Part shown: positions 1 through 13,411 of the stretch, in pieces
Layout of the letters: every line of letters starts with the position of its first letter
Position numbering within the stretch: position 1 is the first letter of the stretch
Assembly (NCBI GenBank): GCA_043228905.1
Contig: JBHGNT010000015.1
Span: 17,918,001-17,982,000, forward strand
Length of the DNA: 64,000 nucleotides
Direction of reading: 5' to 3'
Source: Azolla caroliniana
Lineage: Eukaryota > Plantae > Polypodiophyta
Notes under the pieces: model-generated
The model's database searches: none
The model's input: only the letters and a program-made list of their open reading frames with translations
Told to the model about the DNA's origin: nothing
Made by a program: the position numbers and the translations under genes

Positions 1-12
1 ATCACGCACCTG

Positions 13-1794
13 TTGCGTAAGCTGGGGTTTGCTGTCTCTAAGTCGGACTCTTCGTTATTCATCCGGCAAGGCTCTAACGGTCCGGTATGTATACTCTTGT
101 ATGTGGATGATTTAGTCATCACCGGACCGGGTCTTCCCGAAATCAACCGCGTCAAGTCCCAGTTGTCGGACGCATTCGAAATGAAGGACCTGGGGGACCT
201 TCATTATTTTCTTGAGATCGAAGTGATCCGGACCCCCGACGACATATTGCTCTCACAACGACATTACGTGTTGAATATGCTGTATAAGTTCGGCATGACA
301 GATTGCCGACCTGTCTCCACACCCCTGGACCGGAACCAGAAGCTCCGTCCCAACTCTAGACCGGCCTGCAATGAGAAACGGTTCCGACAGGTTGTCGGAA
401 GCCTGATCTACTTAACCATCACCCGACCCGACATCAGCTATCCGGTCGGCATGGTAAGTCAGTTCATGCAGAAGCCAACCATGGAGCACCTTCAGTGTGC
501 GCAACGAATATTACAGTATGTCAGCGGCACTAAGGACCGGGGACTGCTATACCGGCGAGGTATACCCGAAGAGCTTGTCGGTTACACCGATGCTGACTGG
601 GCTGGCGATGCGTCTGATCGCCGCTCCACTTCCGGCTACATGTTCTCCATAGGTAGCGCGACCGTTGCGTGGAGCAGCAAGAAGCAGCCCACAGTGGCTT
701 TGTCAAGCACTAAGGCTGAGTACCGGGCCGCTACCGTAGCCACTTGTGAAGCCATCTGGCTTCGGCGACTGTTGCGAGACTTGCGGATCGAGGTACCGAC
801 CCCGATCCCGATTTACTGCGATAACATGAGCAGCCTGCAGCTCGCCAGGAACCCTGTGTTCCATGCTCGCACAAAGCACATCGAGGTGCACTACCACTTT
901 GTGCGTGAGCGGGTCCTGAGCGGTGAAGTTGACCTACGGTATGTTCATACGGATCGGCAAGTTGCCGACATCTTCACCAAGCCGCTCGGATCGGACAAGT
1001 TGGAGCACTTTACTGACATGCTTGGTATTCAGCATCTCGACGTGCCGCACTTGAGGGGGAGAAGCAAGGGCAAAGTCTCTACCGAAACTGGCAAAGACAA
1101 AAAACCTGTTGAACCCGTCGGTAAGAGGAGAGCCGGAAGAAGAGGAGACAAGAAGATGAAGGAAGCCGAGTCGACGAAGGAAGTCGACACATCTGAACAG
1201 GTCGGAGCAAGCGGTTGTGAAGAAGAGTTGTGCACTCAGGAAGAGAAGTGCATGCTGTGCGGAGGTCATCACGACGGTACTGACCATGATGCGGAGTCGA
1301 ATGAAGAATTCGATTTCGGTACACCGGCTGAAGAAGCCGAGGGAAGCATGGAGAAGGCCAAGACTCGGAAGTGGTCCGATGTGGTGAGAGGCCTGAAGCC
1401 GGAAGTTGAATTGGAGTGTACCGATTCGGACAAGAGCTGGAACGAGTCGGAGACAGCTGACTCGGATCAATAGATGGACCCGGATGAGTCGGATCGACTG
1501 AAGGCCAAGGGGACACGGGCACAGCGGAAGTTGATGCCATCATGGGAGAACCGACGGATCGGCAAGCGCCGGAGTCACAGCAACGTGAGTGCTGAGATGG
1601 GCCTATTGAGCAGACATGCTGACCGAGAGGGTCGAGGCGCGCAGAACCGAGAGGGTCGCGGCAAACGGGACCGGACCGGACGAGGAGCGCGAGCAAGGCG
1701 TAGTGACGTCAGGAGAAGTCGGTTGGAAGAACTGACTGCCACAGAGGTCGACACTACGACCCCACCTCAGGTTGAGCTTGAGGGGGAGTGTTGA
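13..1794 (+). pseudogene. pol: Copia pol 3' part: RT/RNase H plus about 245 aa of charged C-terminal extension, with one in-frame TAG at 1471-1473
   Basis: ORFs 13..1473 and 1474..1794 are contiguous and in frame. The homologous codon in element D is CAG. Confidence 0.85.
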
Positions 1795-2215
1795 GCGACA
1801 AGCTCAACCGGAGCCGGATCGGCTGAATAAGCCGGAGCCGGTAAGCGAGACGGATCGGGCGAAACGGATCGGTATGACGGTGAGCAACCGAACCGGCAAG
1901 CAGTGGAGGCCGGGTGCAATCCGTAACCGGAAGTCCAATCGGAAGCCTAGTATAGGATAGACTACTAGGTAGCTATAGTCTCGTAGTAAGTGTCAGATGA
2001 TCGTGTGAGCACTGAAGTACATGGTACTTCTGTCAGTCCCAAGAGGACTTGTATAAATAGTGCTACTTAGCACAGTGTGTAGACAGAGTCTTGATATAAT
2101 TTTGAAATTGTGTTCTGCTCTCTCTGTCTCTGTCTCTCTCTCTCGCTCTCTTTGTCTCTCGCTCTCTCTGTGTGTTGTTCTCTGTTTTATGCTTCCGCAA
2201 ACACTTACGTTTACA
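1789..2215 (+). repeat. 3' LTR of copia A
   Basis: Starts TGTTGAG after the PPT and ends TTTACA. It contains TATAAATA near 2052 and a CT microsatellite, and is homologous to the D LTRs. Confidence 0.88.
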
Positions 2216-2866
2216 GACGCCCTCAAGGCCGAAATAGAACAACTTAAAGTAGAAAACACCGACCTTAAAAAACAACTTAAGGACATCGAGGTATCTCGAG
2301 AAGACGGTGAAATATCCTCTATAGAGGATATAAAGGACGAAATTAAAAAAGTTAAAGAGGAAGTTAATAATAACATAGAGTTAGCTAAAACGGGTTTGGT
2401 AGATGTGGTTAAAAGAAACATTAAAAAAGAAATAAAAGATGAAAATATTGTTAATACCACCCTTGAAGAAGAGAAAATGCGTCAGGCCCGATGCTTAAAT
2501 GTACGTGTCACTGGGCTCTAGGAAGGTGCATCCCCAAATGAGGACGCACAAACACTTGGGAAAATGTTAGGGTACACAAAGGCCCTACCTATCACCAAAG
2601 CATGGAGGGCCGGGCATGACACAACTAGGAAGAGAGCCTTAGTCCTTCAATTTAAAGACTTAGACTCTAGAATCACTTTCTTTAAGAAGAGACCAATCCT
2701 TCGAGGAATGGATGGGGACCCCATCTATCTCGATGAAGACCTCATTAAGATGCAAATTGAGCATCACAAGAGTTGTATGCCACGAGTTATGCAAGCTCGT
2801 AAAGAAGGCCATCGCGCCTTTTACCGAGACAGGCGAGTGATCATAAATGATCGCACAACTAATTGA
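2216..2866 (+). pseudogene. LINE ORF1 (coiled coil, RRM-like region and CTD; L1-ORF1p/Transposase_22-like), with an in-frame TAG at 2519-2521
   Basis: Heptad-rich LKAEIEQLKVENTDLKKQLKD, NVRVTGL, RALVLQF and IYLDEDL motifs. ORFs 2060..2521 and 2564..2866 share a frame. Confidence 0.75.
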
Positions 2867-2902
2867 CGGCGTGTGGCCCATGTGACAGAAAATGCACTTA
2901 GG

Positions 2903-5900
2903 ATGACCCTATGGAATTGTAATGGTGCACTCTAGGCACACCCCGGCCGCCTAGAGGAGATACTAAAGGTATCTGATATACTTTTCTTGGTAGAAACACA
3001 TCAAAGCCCAAATAGAGGACTCCCACGGGTCGAAGGATTCCGTTGGGAGTCCGCTTTTAGACAAACCTCACGTCGACACACTACTAGGGGATCTGGAGGT
3101 GTCGCGATACTATTTCGTAGAGAGCTACATAATAGGATAGAAATAATGACGATAGACCCAGAAGCTCGTTTTATGTGGGTGAAAGTCTCCACAAGCAAAG
3201 ACCATGTAGTATTTTTCGCCATTTGTTACTTTCCCGCAAAAGGATCCCGTTATAATATTGGTGTCTTGACGAGATTAGTCGATGAAGGAATGCCACATGG
3301 GCCTTCTCGATACGAATCCCTATCGGATGACATAATCCGATATTCTTCCCAAGGAGAAGTATTTCTTGTAGGAGACTTCAATGCGAGAACCCAATCCCGA
3401 CAATGCACAGTATTTCAGATGAATAGAAACCTAGAAATGGTAAATGTTGATCCTTTAGACATAGGCACCACACGTAGATCAAAGGATCAAGGTGCGGACG
3501 CCACGAGCTTTGGCCATCATCTGCTCGAACTTGGCAGTCGGCACCAGATGGTCATATATAATGGTTTAGCTAAGTGGCCGGGCTCGGAAGAGCTCACATG
3601 TTTCCCACATGGAGGAGGGGAAAGCACAGTTGACTATCTAATAGGGCGCCCTGAAGCTACCCACATGATTAACTCCTTCCGAGTGGCCCCATGCCCTATT
3701 GGCGCAGACCATAGTTTCTTATACTTTGAGCTAAAATGTGATATCTCTAAGGTCACCAAGTCTAGTCAACCATGCCATCACACCACAATACATTTCACAC
3801 ATGAGCTCTCTGACATATACTCTCAACATGTTCAGGCCCATCTCCCCTCCCTTGATCCCTCCCTACCGTTAAAAAGCCTTAGTACAAAACTCACACACAT
3901 CCTTCACTCCGCAGCAGCTAGCAGTTTCCCATATACAAAACACTCAAATCAAGGTAGATCAGGATCAATGCCACAAAATAAATGGTATGAAGAGGATTGT
4001 AGGGACCTACATAGACAACTTACAGTATCGCAACTCAATGGTAGTATTACCTCCATACAAGCTCGCAACGAAATGCGTAAGATGACACGTCGTAAGAGAC
4101 GAGCGTGGGAGGCATCCCAATACTGGGAACTCTACCATATGCTCATGAGTAGCGATTGCGCCATGGCATGGAAGAGACTACGGGAGCGAAGACCACAAAC
4201 ACCCATCGAAGATCCCGAAACTTGGCACACATATACAGAGAGACTTTACCAAATCCCAAACCAACCACCCTTTCCAATGCCTTCCACACCCCGGCCTACC
4301 ACGGGGACACTTTTCACGACCTCTAGGGTCATGAAGGTCATAAAGAAATTACAACATAGGAAGTCCATGGACCACACAGGATTGCGAGTAGAACACATTA
4401 TATATGCGAGAGAGTGCCTAGCTCCCTTGCTAAATCTAATCTTCAATCGTGCCCTTGCGGAGGGTTTTCCACCACAGTGGACTATGAATACAATGGCCCC
4501 CATACATAAAGGGGGGGACCCCATGGACCCAAATACATATAGGACCATTATGATAGGCCATACCCTTGCTAAGTTATATGGTGTAGTAATGGAAGCAGAG
4601 CTTAGCGACTACATGGAGACCCTAAACCTTCGTGCACTTGAACAAGCTGGCTTTAGACGAGCCTTCTCCACTATTGATCATATCTTCACACTTAGATGCC
4701 TAATTGACCAAACTAAGGCTCGCAAGAAGAAATTATATTGTTGTTTTGTGGACTTCCGCAAAGCCTTTGGCACAGGCCCTAGAGAGCGGTTGTTTGATAG
4801 ACTTAAAAGCTTGAGGATACCAGATGATATGGTATGGTCCATCTACGCACTATATGAACAAGTGTCCGGGTGTGTCCGATGCCCAGGTGGCCTATCCAAT
4901 CGTTTCACTAGCACTATTGGTGTAAAACAAGGTTGCCCCCTATCACCGACGCTTTTTGGGATCTACATTGATGAGATCACAGATTTTATTGCTCGTGAGG
5001 GAGGCACCGGAGTGGTCCTTGGGGATACGCAGGTTCGTATCTTGCTCTATGCGGATGACATAGTTTTGCTCTCTGAATCCGAACACGACCTATAGAGGCA
5101 CCTTAATGCCTTAGATGACTTTTGTGTACAACGAGGATTGGTAGTGAATCTAGGGAAAACGAAAGTCCTTATCTTCCACACATCGGCCCAAGTTAGAGCT
5201 AAGTGTCACCTAACTATCTCCCATAGCCCAGTCGAGGTGGTTGGATCGTATGTCTATCTCGGAGTCACTTTTAGTGCCCGCTCAGGTAAATTTTCGATGA
5301 CACAGGCAACAAAGGATAGACTCACGAGAGGACATGCATCCCTCTCACTCCTAGAGAGACAATGCCACCAAGCACACTTTCAAGAGCCACGGACTAAAGG
5401 GTGGCTCTTTGACTCATTAGTGACCCCCTCCCTCATGTATGCATCAACGGTTTGGGCTTCAGGATTACCATCCTTCATGTGGACGCAATTAGAGAGACCA
5501 TTGGTGATGATGCTATCACGCCAACTCCGAAGCAAATCGACTGTACCACATGACATTATTAGGGCCGAGTTCACGTTACCCCCAATGCTAGTAGAGGCAC
5601 TTTTTCAACTTGTAGTCTTCATTGATAGGATACATAGCCAACCACATGATAGAATATCTCATCAAGCCTTTAAGGCCTCTCGATCATTGTATGAGTCCGG
5701 CTATACTAGCTCATGGTATGGCATGATGGTGAGTTGGCTTCTTGCGAATGGTCTAGACATTAATAACCTACCTCCCCTTAGGTACAACCACACGAGTGAT
5801 AACACCTTAATCTCTCATGAGAACCGCAATAAAGTAATACGCCAAGAAATATGGCAAATTTACACTCGGTGTAAATGGATCACCCCACTAGAGCCACTCC

Positions 5901-6604
5901 CATCTAAAATGTCGTACTATAAGAAACACTTCATACACTTCTCTGAGTTAGGTTTTATCACGCGGCCAAAATATCTAGATGTATTCTTACCACATGCACT
6001 AAGGGTTGCCATTGGACAACTTAGAATATCGTCTCACCAACTTGAGATTGAAAATGGCCGTACTAGTGGAGTCCCTAGGGGGGAAAGGATATGTAGGTTA
6101 TGTCACATAGAGATAGAGGATGAGTACCACTTTACATGCAAGTGTCCAACCTATGCCGAGATAAGGGCAAAATACCAAGACATACTTGGTCCGTCTCCCA
6201 CCCTCCCCAAACTATTAGATACTCTAGATATAAAGAAATTAGGCAAATACATTCTAGAGCTAAAACAACACAGAGAGAATAAGTTACAAAATGTTGACAA
6301 TAATGTTGCTAATGATCACGAACATGTAACAAATGAAGTTTTTCAGGAACCTGAGGAGACAACGAATGCCGACACACTTGCACCACTCGGCCTTTCCATT
6401 GATGAGGCAGAAAACCAGAGAAGAACCAGACGTCCTCGGGTGCCGGGTTTCAAAGCAACTCAACGTGATGTGGAAGCAATATTGAAAATAAGGGAACGTG
6501 AGCTACACCGCCTAGAAGCCATGGCTAGGGCACTCTCTACATTGGAACCCACATCAAGACCCTTTGACCCCCCACTTCTTTTCGAGAGGCTTGGGTGGAA
6601 ATAA
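2903..6604 (+). pseudogene. LINE ORF2 (APE-RT-zinc finger) with two premature TAG stops (2933-2935 and 5093-5095)
   Basis: WNCNG, LVETH, GDFNAR, VDY and DH endonuclease motifs. QAGFR, FVDFRKAF, GVKQGCPLSP and YADD RT motifs. C-terminal LRISSHQLEIENGR...CRLC...EDEYHFTCKC. All in one frame. Confidence 0.92.
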
Positions 6605-6844
6605 AATTAGGCTTAGTGTATAGTCACTTTCGAGTATACTACATATTGTACACTACTAGAACTCTTTTAGTTTAAGTTCTATTTTTTTACTTAATTTTAT
6701 TTTAGTTATGATGACTGGATAAATACTCTATTGTTGTAAACCAATTGTCTCATGGGCCAAATTTGGCCTTAGAAGACGTTAATACATCTTTCTGTCTTTC
6801 TTTCTTTCTCTAGTTTCTTCTCTCTTGAGCAATAAATAAATAAA

Positions 6845-8860
6845 TCCTATAAGCTATCCTCATACTCTTTATTGTCACCACTCACAAATATAATCTAATG
6901 ATAATACAACGCAAAGCAATGAATATATTACGTGATGGGATCCCAAAACTTGTTGGATATTGTGTACTACATTAGCCATAAGTTTTGGAATTCTTGCACA
7001 TACTTTAGGGTAACATGCATTTTAGTGTGGAGTATTAAGTATGAAAGATTATTTCAATCTATTGACTTCGCATCGAGAATCTCTTGCCATCTTATTGGAA
7101 CCACTTCTAGTTTATGCATCACTAGAATATAATTTGTTGAAATAAAATTAAGTAAATAAATAAAATCCCTTGACATCTTGTAGGAGTGACTTCTAGCTTA
7201 TGCATTGCTACAATATCGAATTTTTAAGTTAAGCTTATCTATCATTCCCCTCATCAAAGGTTTAAGGCCCTACCATTATTGCAACTACAATGCTCCCACA
7301 CAAAATAGGCTCTCTGTCATCGACAATGTTACAAGGGATCAATGTCGTTACATAGTTCAATATGTCCGTTGTTGATTTATAGCTATTACCTGTTGAATAA
7401 AATTAGATGTCCTTTTTGGCTTTACTGTGCAATAATCTCCTTGTTATCTCACAAAGAATAGTCGTGTATGAAAACCAATACTCGTATAGCCAAGGACCAT
7501 TACTGATATTTTGAGGACATGCAATAAAAGTTAAATTAAGAGATGTTAATCACAATTGAGTTTCTTACAATTTGCACAAGGGGAAACTTGAGAACATTGG
7601 AGTGTCTCGTCTTTCACTTTTGTGAAAGCTGAATTGTTTGCTCCAAATAACCCCTTTCATTCTAGCTTCCACTAAATATTCACCATCTACATAAAGCAAT
7701 CGTCTAATATGTATAACCGAGGATTGCCATAGAGTGAATGTTCTAGCAACATAAATCAAGGATTTCTTGGAATTGCTAATATACACCCAAGATTGGCCTC
7801 ACAATATGCCCTCATTTATTCAACATGGTTCCAAATCACACATATTTCAATAATAATATTACAAATATAAAACATCATATATTTAAGTCCATTATGTCTC
7901 TTCCTATCATGTCATGTGTACATTTTCAACTCTCCCTCTCCCTCTCTAATGCATAACATATATTCTAATGCATAACATATATCTACAAGCTATCCTTACA
8001 CTCTTGATTGTCACAAATATAATGTGATGGTTAGATAGCACAAAGCAATGATATTACAAATTGGAAACCCCAACCTTGTTGGATATTTACTCCATCAATC
8101 ACAAGTTTTGAAATGTTGGTACATTCTTCAATGCAGAATGCATGTTGGTGTGGAATATGGATTATAACAATAATTTTTGGTAAATATGACAAGAATATTG
8201 TGAATCTCTTGCCATCTTATTGGAACCACATCGAGTTCATACATCACCAAAATATCTATTCAAATAAAGATATATTTCTAGAATCTTTTGCCATATTATA
8301 GGAGCAACTTCTAGCTCATACATTGTCACAATATCCATTTCTTAAGTTAAAATGATCTATCATTCCCCTCATGAAAGGTTGAAGGCCCTACCATTATTGC
8401 TACAACACTCCCACTTAAATAATTGCTCTTTCATTGTCATTGTTGCTTGGGATCAATGCTATTCTATAATCTCAATATGTCGTTATTTGGAAATACATTT
8501 TTTAGTTATTAATCACTGAATCAATTTAAATATTACTATTGGCTTTATCATGTGACACTCTCATCGATATCTTAGACGTTGCCACAAAAGAAAAGTTGTA
8601 TATTAAAAAAAGTACTCAAATAACCAAGGATAACATGAATTTATCGATTGATTAAAATTTTATTCCGAGTCTTAACATTTCCATAGTTTAGGAAAGTTAA
8701 TATTGACACGGATCAATTGAAATTGTGTTCTTCACATAAATTACCATAATAATCATGATGTTTATCTCACAAAAAACAATCATGTATGAAAACTAGTAAT
8801 TGTATAACCAAGGACCATTACTGATATCTTGAGGACATGCAATGAAAGTAAAACTAGGAG
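6845..8860. repeat. Old diverged tandem duplication of an AT-rich unit (about 6845-7545 versus about 7983-8860)
   Basis: Collinear shared blocks, e.g. ATCTATCATTCCCCTCAT.AAAGGTT.AAGGCCCTACCATTATTGC and CCAAGGACCATTACTGATAT.TTGAGGACATGCAAT, occur in both units. Confidence 0.75.
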
Positions 8861-8894
8861 AGGGGGATCACTTGCCGCAAACATCAGCATGTTC

Positions 8895-9402
8895 TGAAAA
8901 GAGTTACGCGTGGAAGCTTGTAGAAAGACAACTAACTAAGCCGGACAACCCAATATGACAATTAGGTAATCACAGATGTTGGTGATGTAGACAAAGAGGG
9001 AGATTCAGTTAGCATGCAACAAAAACAAGTTCTATTCCAAATATAATACTTAGTACATGCAATGTGCTCATAGAACACTTTATATACAAGCCTCTAACAT
9101 TAGGTTGACACAAGTACTAAATGTTCACTTATGAGCTCTAACATCTACTCAACCTATAATATTCCTATTACTAAGTTAGGAATATAGCTCCTAACGGCCA
9201 TATGGCCATTTCAGACGATGGCCTTATGACCTTGTTTGCCCTTGGGCCCTTACGACCTTCAGTCGATTCGGCTTCTTGTTGAGCTTGCCTTCTCAACACT
9301 CCCCCTCAAGCTGAAGTTGAGGGTTCTCTTTGTCTACATCGCTAGTTTGTCGATCCAGCTCCTCTTACCAGCTCTCCTCATGGCTTGTGTACCTCGATCC
9401 GT
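8895..9402 (-). mobile_element. Copia element E (A/D family): 3' LTR (about 8895-9298), PPT and short 3' internal piece
   Basis: The reverse complement reads AGCTTGAGGGGGAG|TGTTGAGAAGGCAAGCTCAAC, the same PPT and LTR start as A and D. Confidence 0.8.
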
Positions 9403-9825
9403 TGTCGTGAAGATCCGTTCGTCATTATGTGCGGATCGTGAGGTGGAACCACCGGGATCCTGGACTGAAAGGATTTGAAGTTTGCACTAGTTTAACGAGA
9501 AAGTACTTAAGATAGATTGAAAGAGAGAGAAATTGAGATAAGATAGAACGCTTGACTTTAGATTGAGAGAGATTAAGATTGAACTCTTGACTTTAGATAT
9601 GAAGAACAAGATTGATACATCAATTGGATAACAAATTTCTTACTTTTAATTTCTTGATTAATACATTGCTCCTACTTGCTTGATTCCTCCACTCTTTTAT
9701 AGATGCCCCCATGCATATGGTGCATGTGAGGGTGCAAGACATGCACGGAATGCATGAAATACATGCAATGCATGCTTGCCATGTCATCATCTAAGCTCTC
9801 ATGTATGAGAATTACATGTAAAAGT
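9403..9825 (-). repeat. 3' LTR of B (truncated)
   Basis: Begins TGTCGTGAAGATCC on the + strand. Highly similar to 25279-25457 and 41771-41965. Confidence 0.78.
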
Positions 9826-9919
9826 ATAGTGATAAAAAATATATCCTTAAAGAAATGATTTGGTTTAATGGTAGGTATATTGTTTTTTATCTTGGAGGTG
9901 CAAGGGTCAAGTCTTGCTT

Positions 9920-12431
9920 ATGTGGCATTATCGTTGGCACTTGTCACCACATATGGTAAGAACCATCTTCTTGCGAACTTTCTTGTTGTACTGTGTTGAT
10001 TGTCAAGGCTGCTGTTGTAGACCAATACCCAATCTCCTTCTTCGATCTTCTTGGGACGCAGTCAATGCGTCTTGTCAAACCGAATTTTGTTCTTCACTCG
10101 GGCTGCCTCCATCATCTTTCGCACTTTTTCTAGATCTTCAAGTCTTCTTTCAAGTTGCCTTATCCATGCCGCTAATAAATCTTCTCGGCTCATCTCGTTC
10201 TCCCATGGTATCGCTACCCATGAGGCGATTGTGCTTTCGATGGGCATTACCGGCTTTTGTCCATACATAAGCTCCGTTGGCATATACCTTGGTGTGTCGT
10301 TCTGTCAGCCCACAAGGCATAAGGCAATAGTCATGGCCAATTCCCGACTCGACTGTTGCATGCTCGTACGATGGCTTTGACGATAGGTCCATGCCCTTGC
10401 TCGATCTTCCCATTTGCTTCTGGATTGTAGGCATTCATGAGGGAGAGCTTCACGCCTAGTCGTTCGAAAAGCTCTGTTGCTTTGTGTGCATCCAACTCCC
10501 CTCGGTCGGCGACTATCTTTCCCACACATCTGTATCGGCAGACAACCTCTTCGAGTAGAAATTTGCAAACAACAGATGTCGTCTTATTTGTCAAGGCCCA
10601 TCCTTCCACTTGATTTGTCAAGTCTTCTCTTGCCAAACCTAAGTACTTCATTTGTCCCACTCCCATTGGCATTGAGACCAGATCCACCATCCATTTGAAG
10701 TGTATGGTGAGTGGGTATGTTGGTCGTAGCTGATCACGATGACGTATATTCGAATGTACTTCGTATCTACAATCACATAAATCGACTTCCCTTCGGTATA
10801 GTCGGCCTTTCTTAGTGCTGGAGCTTTAAGAAGTTCTTCAATCTTTGCATCGCGTTTGTGTGCTCTTCTTGCCATTCGAACTTCATTTTTTTCTTTAGAA
10901 ATCCATATAAAGGCTTGACAACATGGGCATAGTGCAGAATCTAGATGTGATAAAACGCGCATGCTCCAAGGAACCTTCGAACCTCCGTTTGGTTTACGCA
11001 TTCTTCTTTCATATCCTGGATCGTGTTCACCTTGGATGGCGAAGGCTTCTGGCCGTATGCTCTGCACAAGTGACTTACCACCAAGATCTCTGGTTGCCCA
11101 AATGCAGATTTTTCTCCCGAAAATGTCAAATTCACATCTTCGAGCCTTTGGAGCACCTTCTCACAATCTTTCATATGATCCACGACGAACATTCTACACC
11201 CTTCCTTATCTTTCGATTCATCTTTCTCCTCATCCAAACATCCTTTTATCGGAATATCATCCAAGAACGGCATCGTGATGTCCGGGATGCAATCCTTCAA
11301 GACCTTGTTCATGGCATTCACCATATGAGCCACTGAGTTCATTGCATCTTGAGGTAAGGTACACATCCGCACGAGGCCGATCGGAGTCCTCATGGTTGTA
11401 ATGCCACGACTATCGATCGCCAACTAGAATTGGTCATGTCCAGAGTAGAGATCGCCAATGGAGTAGATGGACCACCCCACAAACGCTTCGGCAAATTCGT
11501 CCACGCTTCGACCGATTCCAGCATTCCGAATTGTCACCTTGCTGACGGGTTGAAGATCTTGGATGAAACGCAATGATCCATTCTTCTTCAGCACCGTGAA
11601 CCACCTATTAGAATAAGGAGCATTTGACGATTCCGAAATTCCCATATTCACCTTCTCCTTTAAGAGCTCGATCAACTTCGGTGGGTGTGCTCTCGGAACC
11701 GGTATCAGTTTCAAATTCCAAGGTACGTGCGGCACCGTGAAGATCACCATCGGCTCTATCGTCCTTGGATCAACACATCCGATTTCTTGTGGGAAAAATG
11801 CGAAAGCCTTCCCATGTCTCTCAATCATGTCGTGAAACATTCGCTCTTCTTCAGGGAGGAGGAAATCCTCCCTTCCAACTCGTAGCTTTCCCTTCGTCTC
11901 TTCGATGAAGACATGACATATTGCCTTCGGATCCCTTAAGCTTGGATCATTAGCGACTTCCTTCATTTTTTGCCAGCTATCTTCAGGTAGCGGAACCGCA
12001 ACTGGCTTGATCTTCTTATCCACCGTTTTATATTTTGTGTTGATGTCAGCTTCCTTCATCAAGATGCTTCGATGAAATTCATCGATGATAACGTACATGT
12101 TGATGGAGTTAACCGAAATCACGAGTCGATCGTGAAGATAAGTCAAGTCCACGACGTCCTCGATTTCACCGATGGTGTCGTTAAATGAGGCCTCTTCCAT
12201 AATATGAGTCACAGACTCTTCTTCTTCTATTATGTTTTTTTCTTTCAGCATCTTCTCGAAGTCTTGTATCCGACGCTTGTGCTTCTTGTCAGGTAATACT
12301 AGTTTACATGCGCCACTAGGTGTGACGCATGTTGCTTCTCCTTGCAATCCACGCGCTCTACCTTTTTGTGGGAACTTGTGATTGCTCGGACTATTTGTGC
12401 CCCATGCTTCAATAGTCCGCTCTAAAAATTC
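9920..12431 (-). pseudogene. pol: B pol (RT, RNase H, integrase), disrupted, with an internal deletion near 10765
   Basis: TVPHVPWNL, YSNRWF, QDLQP and MPFLDDIPIKG RT motifs. VRRFLG. Integrase WMVDL, VADRGEL, YNPEANG, ELMYGQ and a degenerate GPY motif. Confidence 0.88.
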
Positions 12432-13411
12432 GAGGATTCGCCTCCAAATCTATCTCGATTTCTTTCATGATTAGCTCGCACCGTTAGGAATTGAACAGAT
12501 CTTTGATTGTCAAGAATCTTGATTCGTGCAAAGGTTGCTCCATTATCGAACACCTTGGTCTTCATCCGGGATGATGTGATATACGGTTGACCTAGGATGA
12601 TAGGATGCGAACTTGATTCTTGTACAAAGAAGTGTTGATCCATCTCCACATCCCCGATCGTGACTTTAACATTTGGACAAGATCCGAACAAGTCTTTTGT
12701 CGCCTTTGTTGCCGCTCGAATCTTCCATCTGTGGTTTGTATTAATTGGTCATCTTCTTTTTTTGTAGAAGTCGGTCGACATGAGGTTGATCTCCGAGCCA
12801 TGGTCGATCAAGGCTACCACAGTCTCTTTCTTCTCCCCGATCTTCACCGGCGTCTCCGTTGTCGCTCGTGCCCAATGAGGTCGAGTATAGTGGTTGTCCA
12901 GCATATCTTCATCGACTTCGTCTCTTGCCATCATTATGGCATTTGTTTTTGCTTTTTGTGGCTTCTCTTCTTCCTCGTCCGATTGTTGCCTCTTTCTTTT
13001 TACAAGGTCCACGATTGTGTCATGGAACTCCTTCTTCGTAATGCCAAGCAATTCTCTCAAGGACAAAGTCATGTGGCTATCAAGAACGCATTCCTCGAGA
13101 ATCTTCTTTAGGTCTGTCGTCTGCTCTATGTCCGACCTTAGCTTATAGGTAGGCATAGTTCTTGTCTTCCGAGCGGGGTCTTCAACACCAACCTTCACGG
13201 GTCAAACCGTTTTTTTGACTCGTTTGCTTGACTCTTCTTTCCAGCTTGAGTCTCCATCCTCTGTTTGTAAAGCTAGAGTTGCTTCTGCATCTTCTTTCTT
13301 CTTTGTGCTCCTTGTTTCATTTCTTTTTGATGGGCTATCTTGCCCTTCCATTCTTTTTCTCTTTTCATCCACAAACACTTCATGGTTGTCACACATCACT
13401 TTCGTGAGTAT

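Larger units (their letters stand above)
1..2215 (+). mobile_element. Ty1/copia element A, 3' part (RT end, RNase H, C-terminal extension, PPT, 3' LTR), inserted into the ORF1 of a LINE
   Basis: Copia RT YVDD and RNase H motifs (YTDADWAGD, YCDN, HARTKHIEVHYHFVRE, ADIFTKPL). PPT TGAGGGGGAG at 1779-1788, then an LTR homologous to the LTR at 37326-37750. Confidence 0.93.
2216..6809 (+). mobile_element. Non-LTR retrotransposon (LINE), RTEX/L2-like architecture; its 5' end lies on the other side of the copia A insertion
   Basis: ORF1 followed by ORF2 (APE endonuclease, RT, C-terminal Cys/His finger). 3' palindrome GGCCAAATTTGGCC at 6755-6768 and a (CTTT)n tail at about 6787-6809. Confidence 0.88.

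Noticed and set aside
2060-2215. Apparent hydrophobic, signal-peptide-like N-terminus on ORF 2060..2521
   Set aside because: It is translated LTR CT-microsatellite, fused by chance to LINE ORF1 at the insertion junction.
7565-7786. Short ORF as a possible host exon
   Set aside because: It has no recognisable motif or supporting splice structure and lies in AT-rich degenerate sequence.
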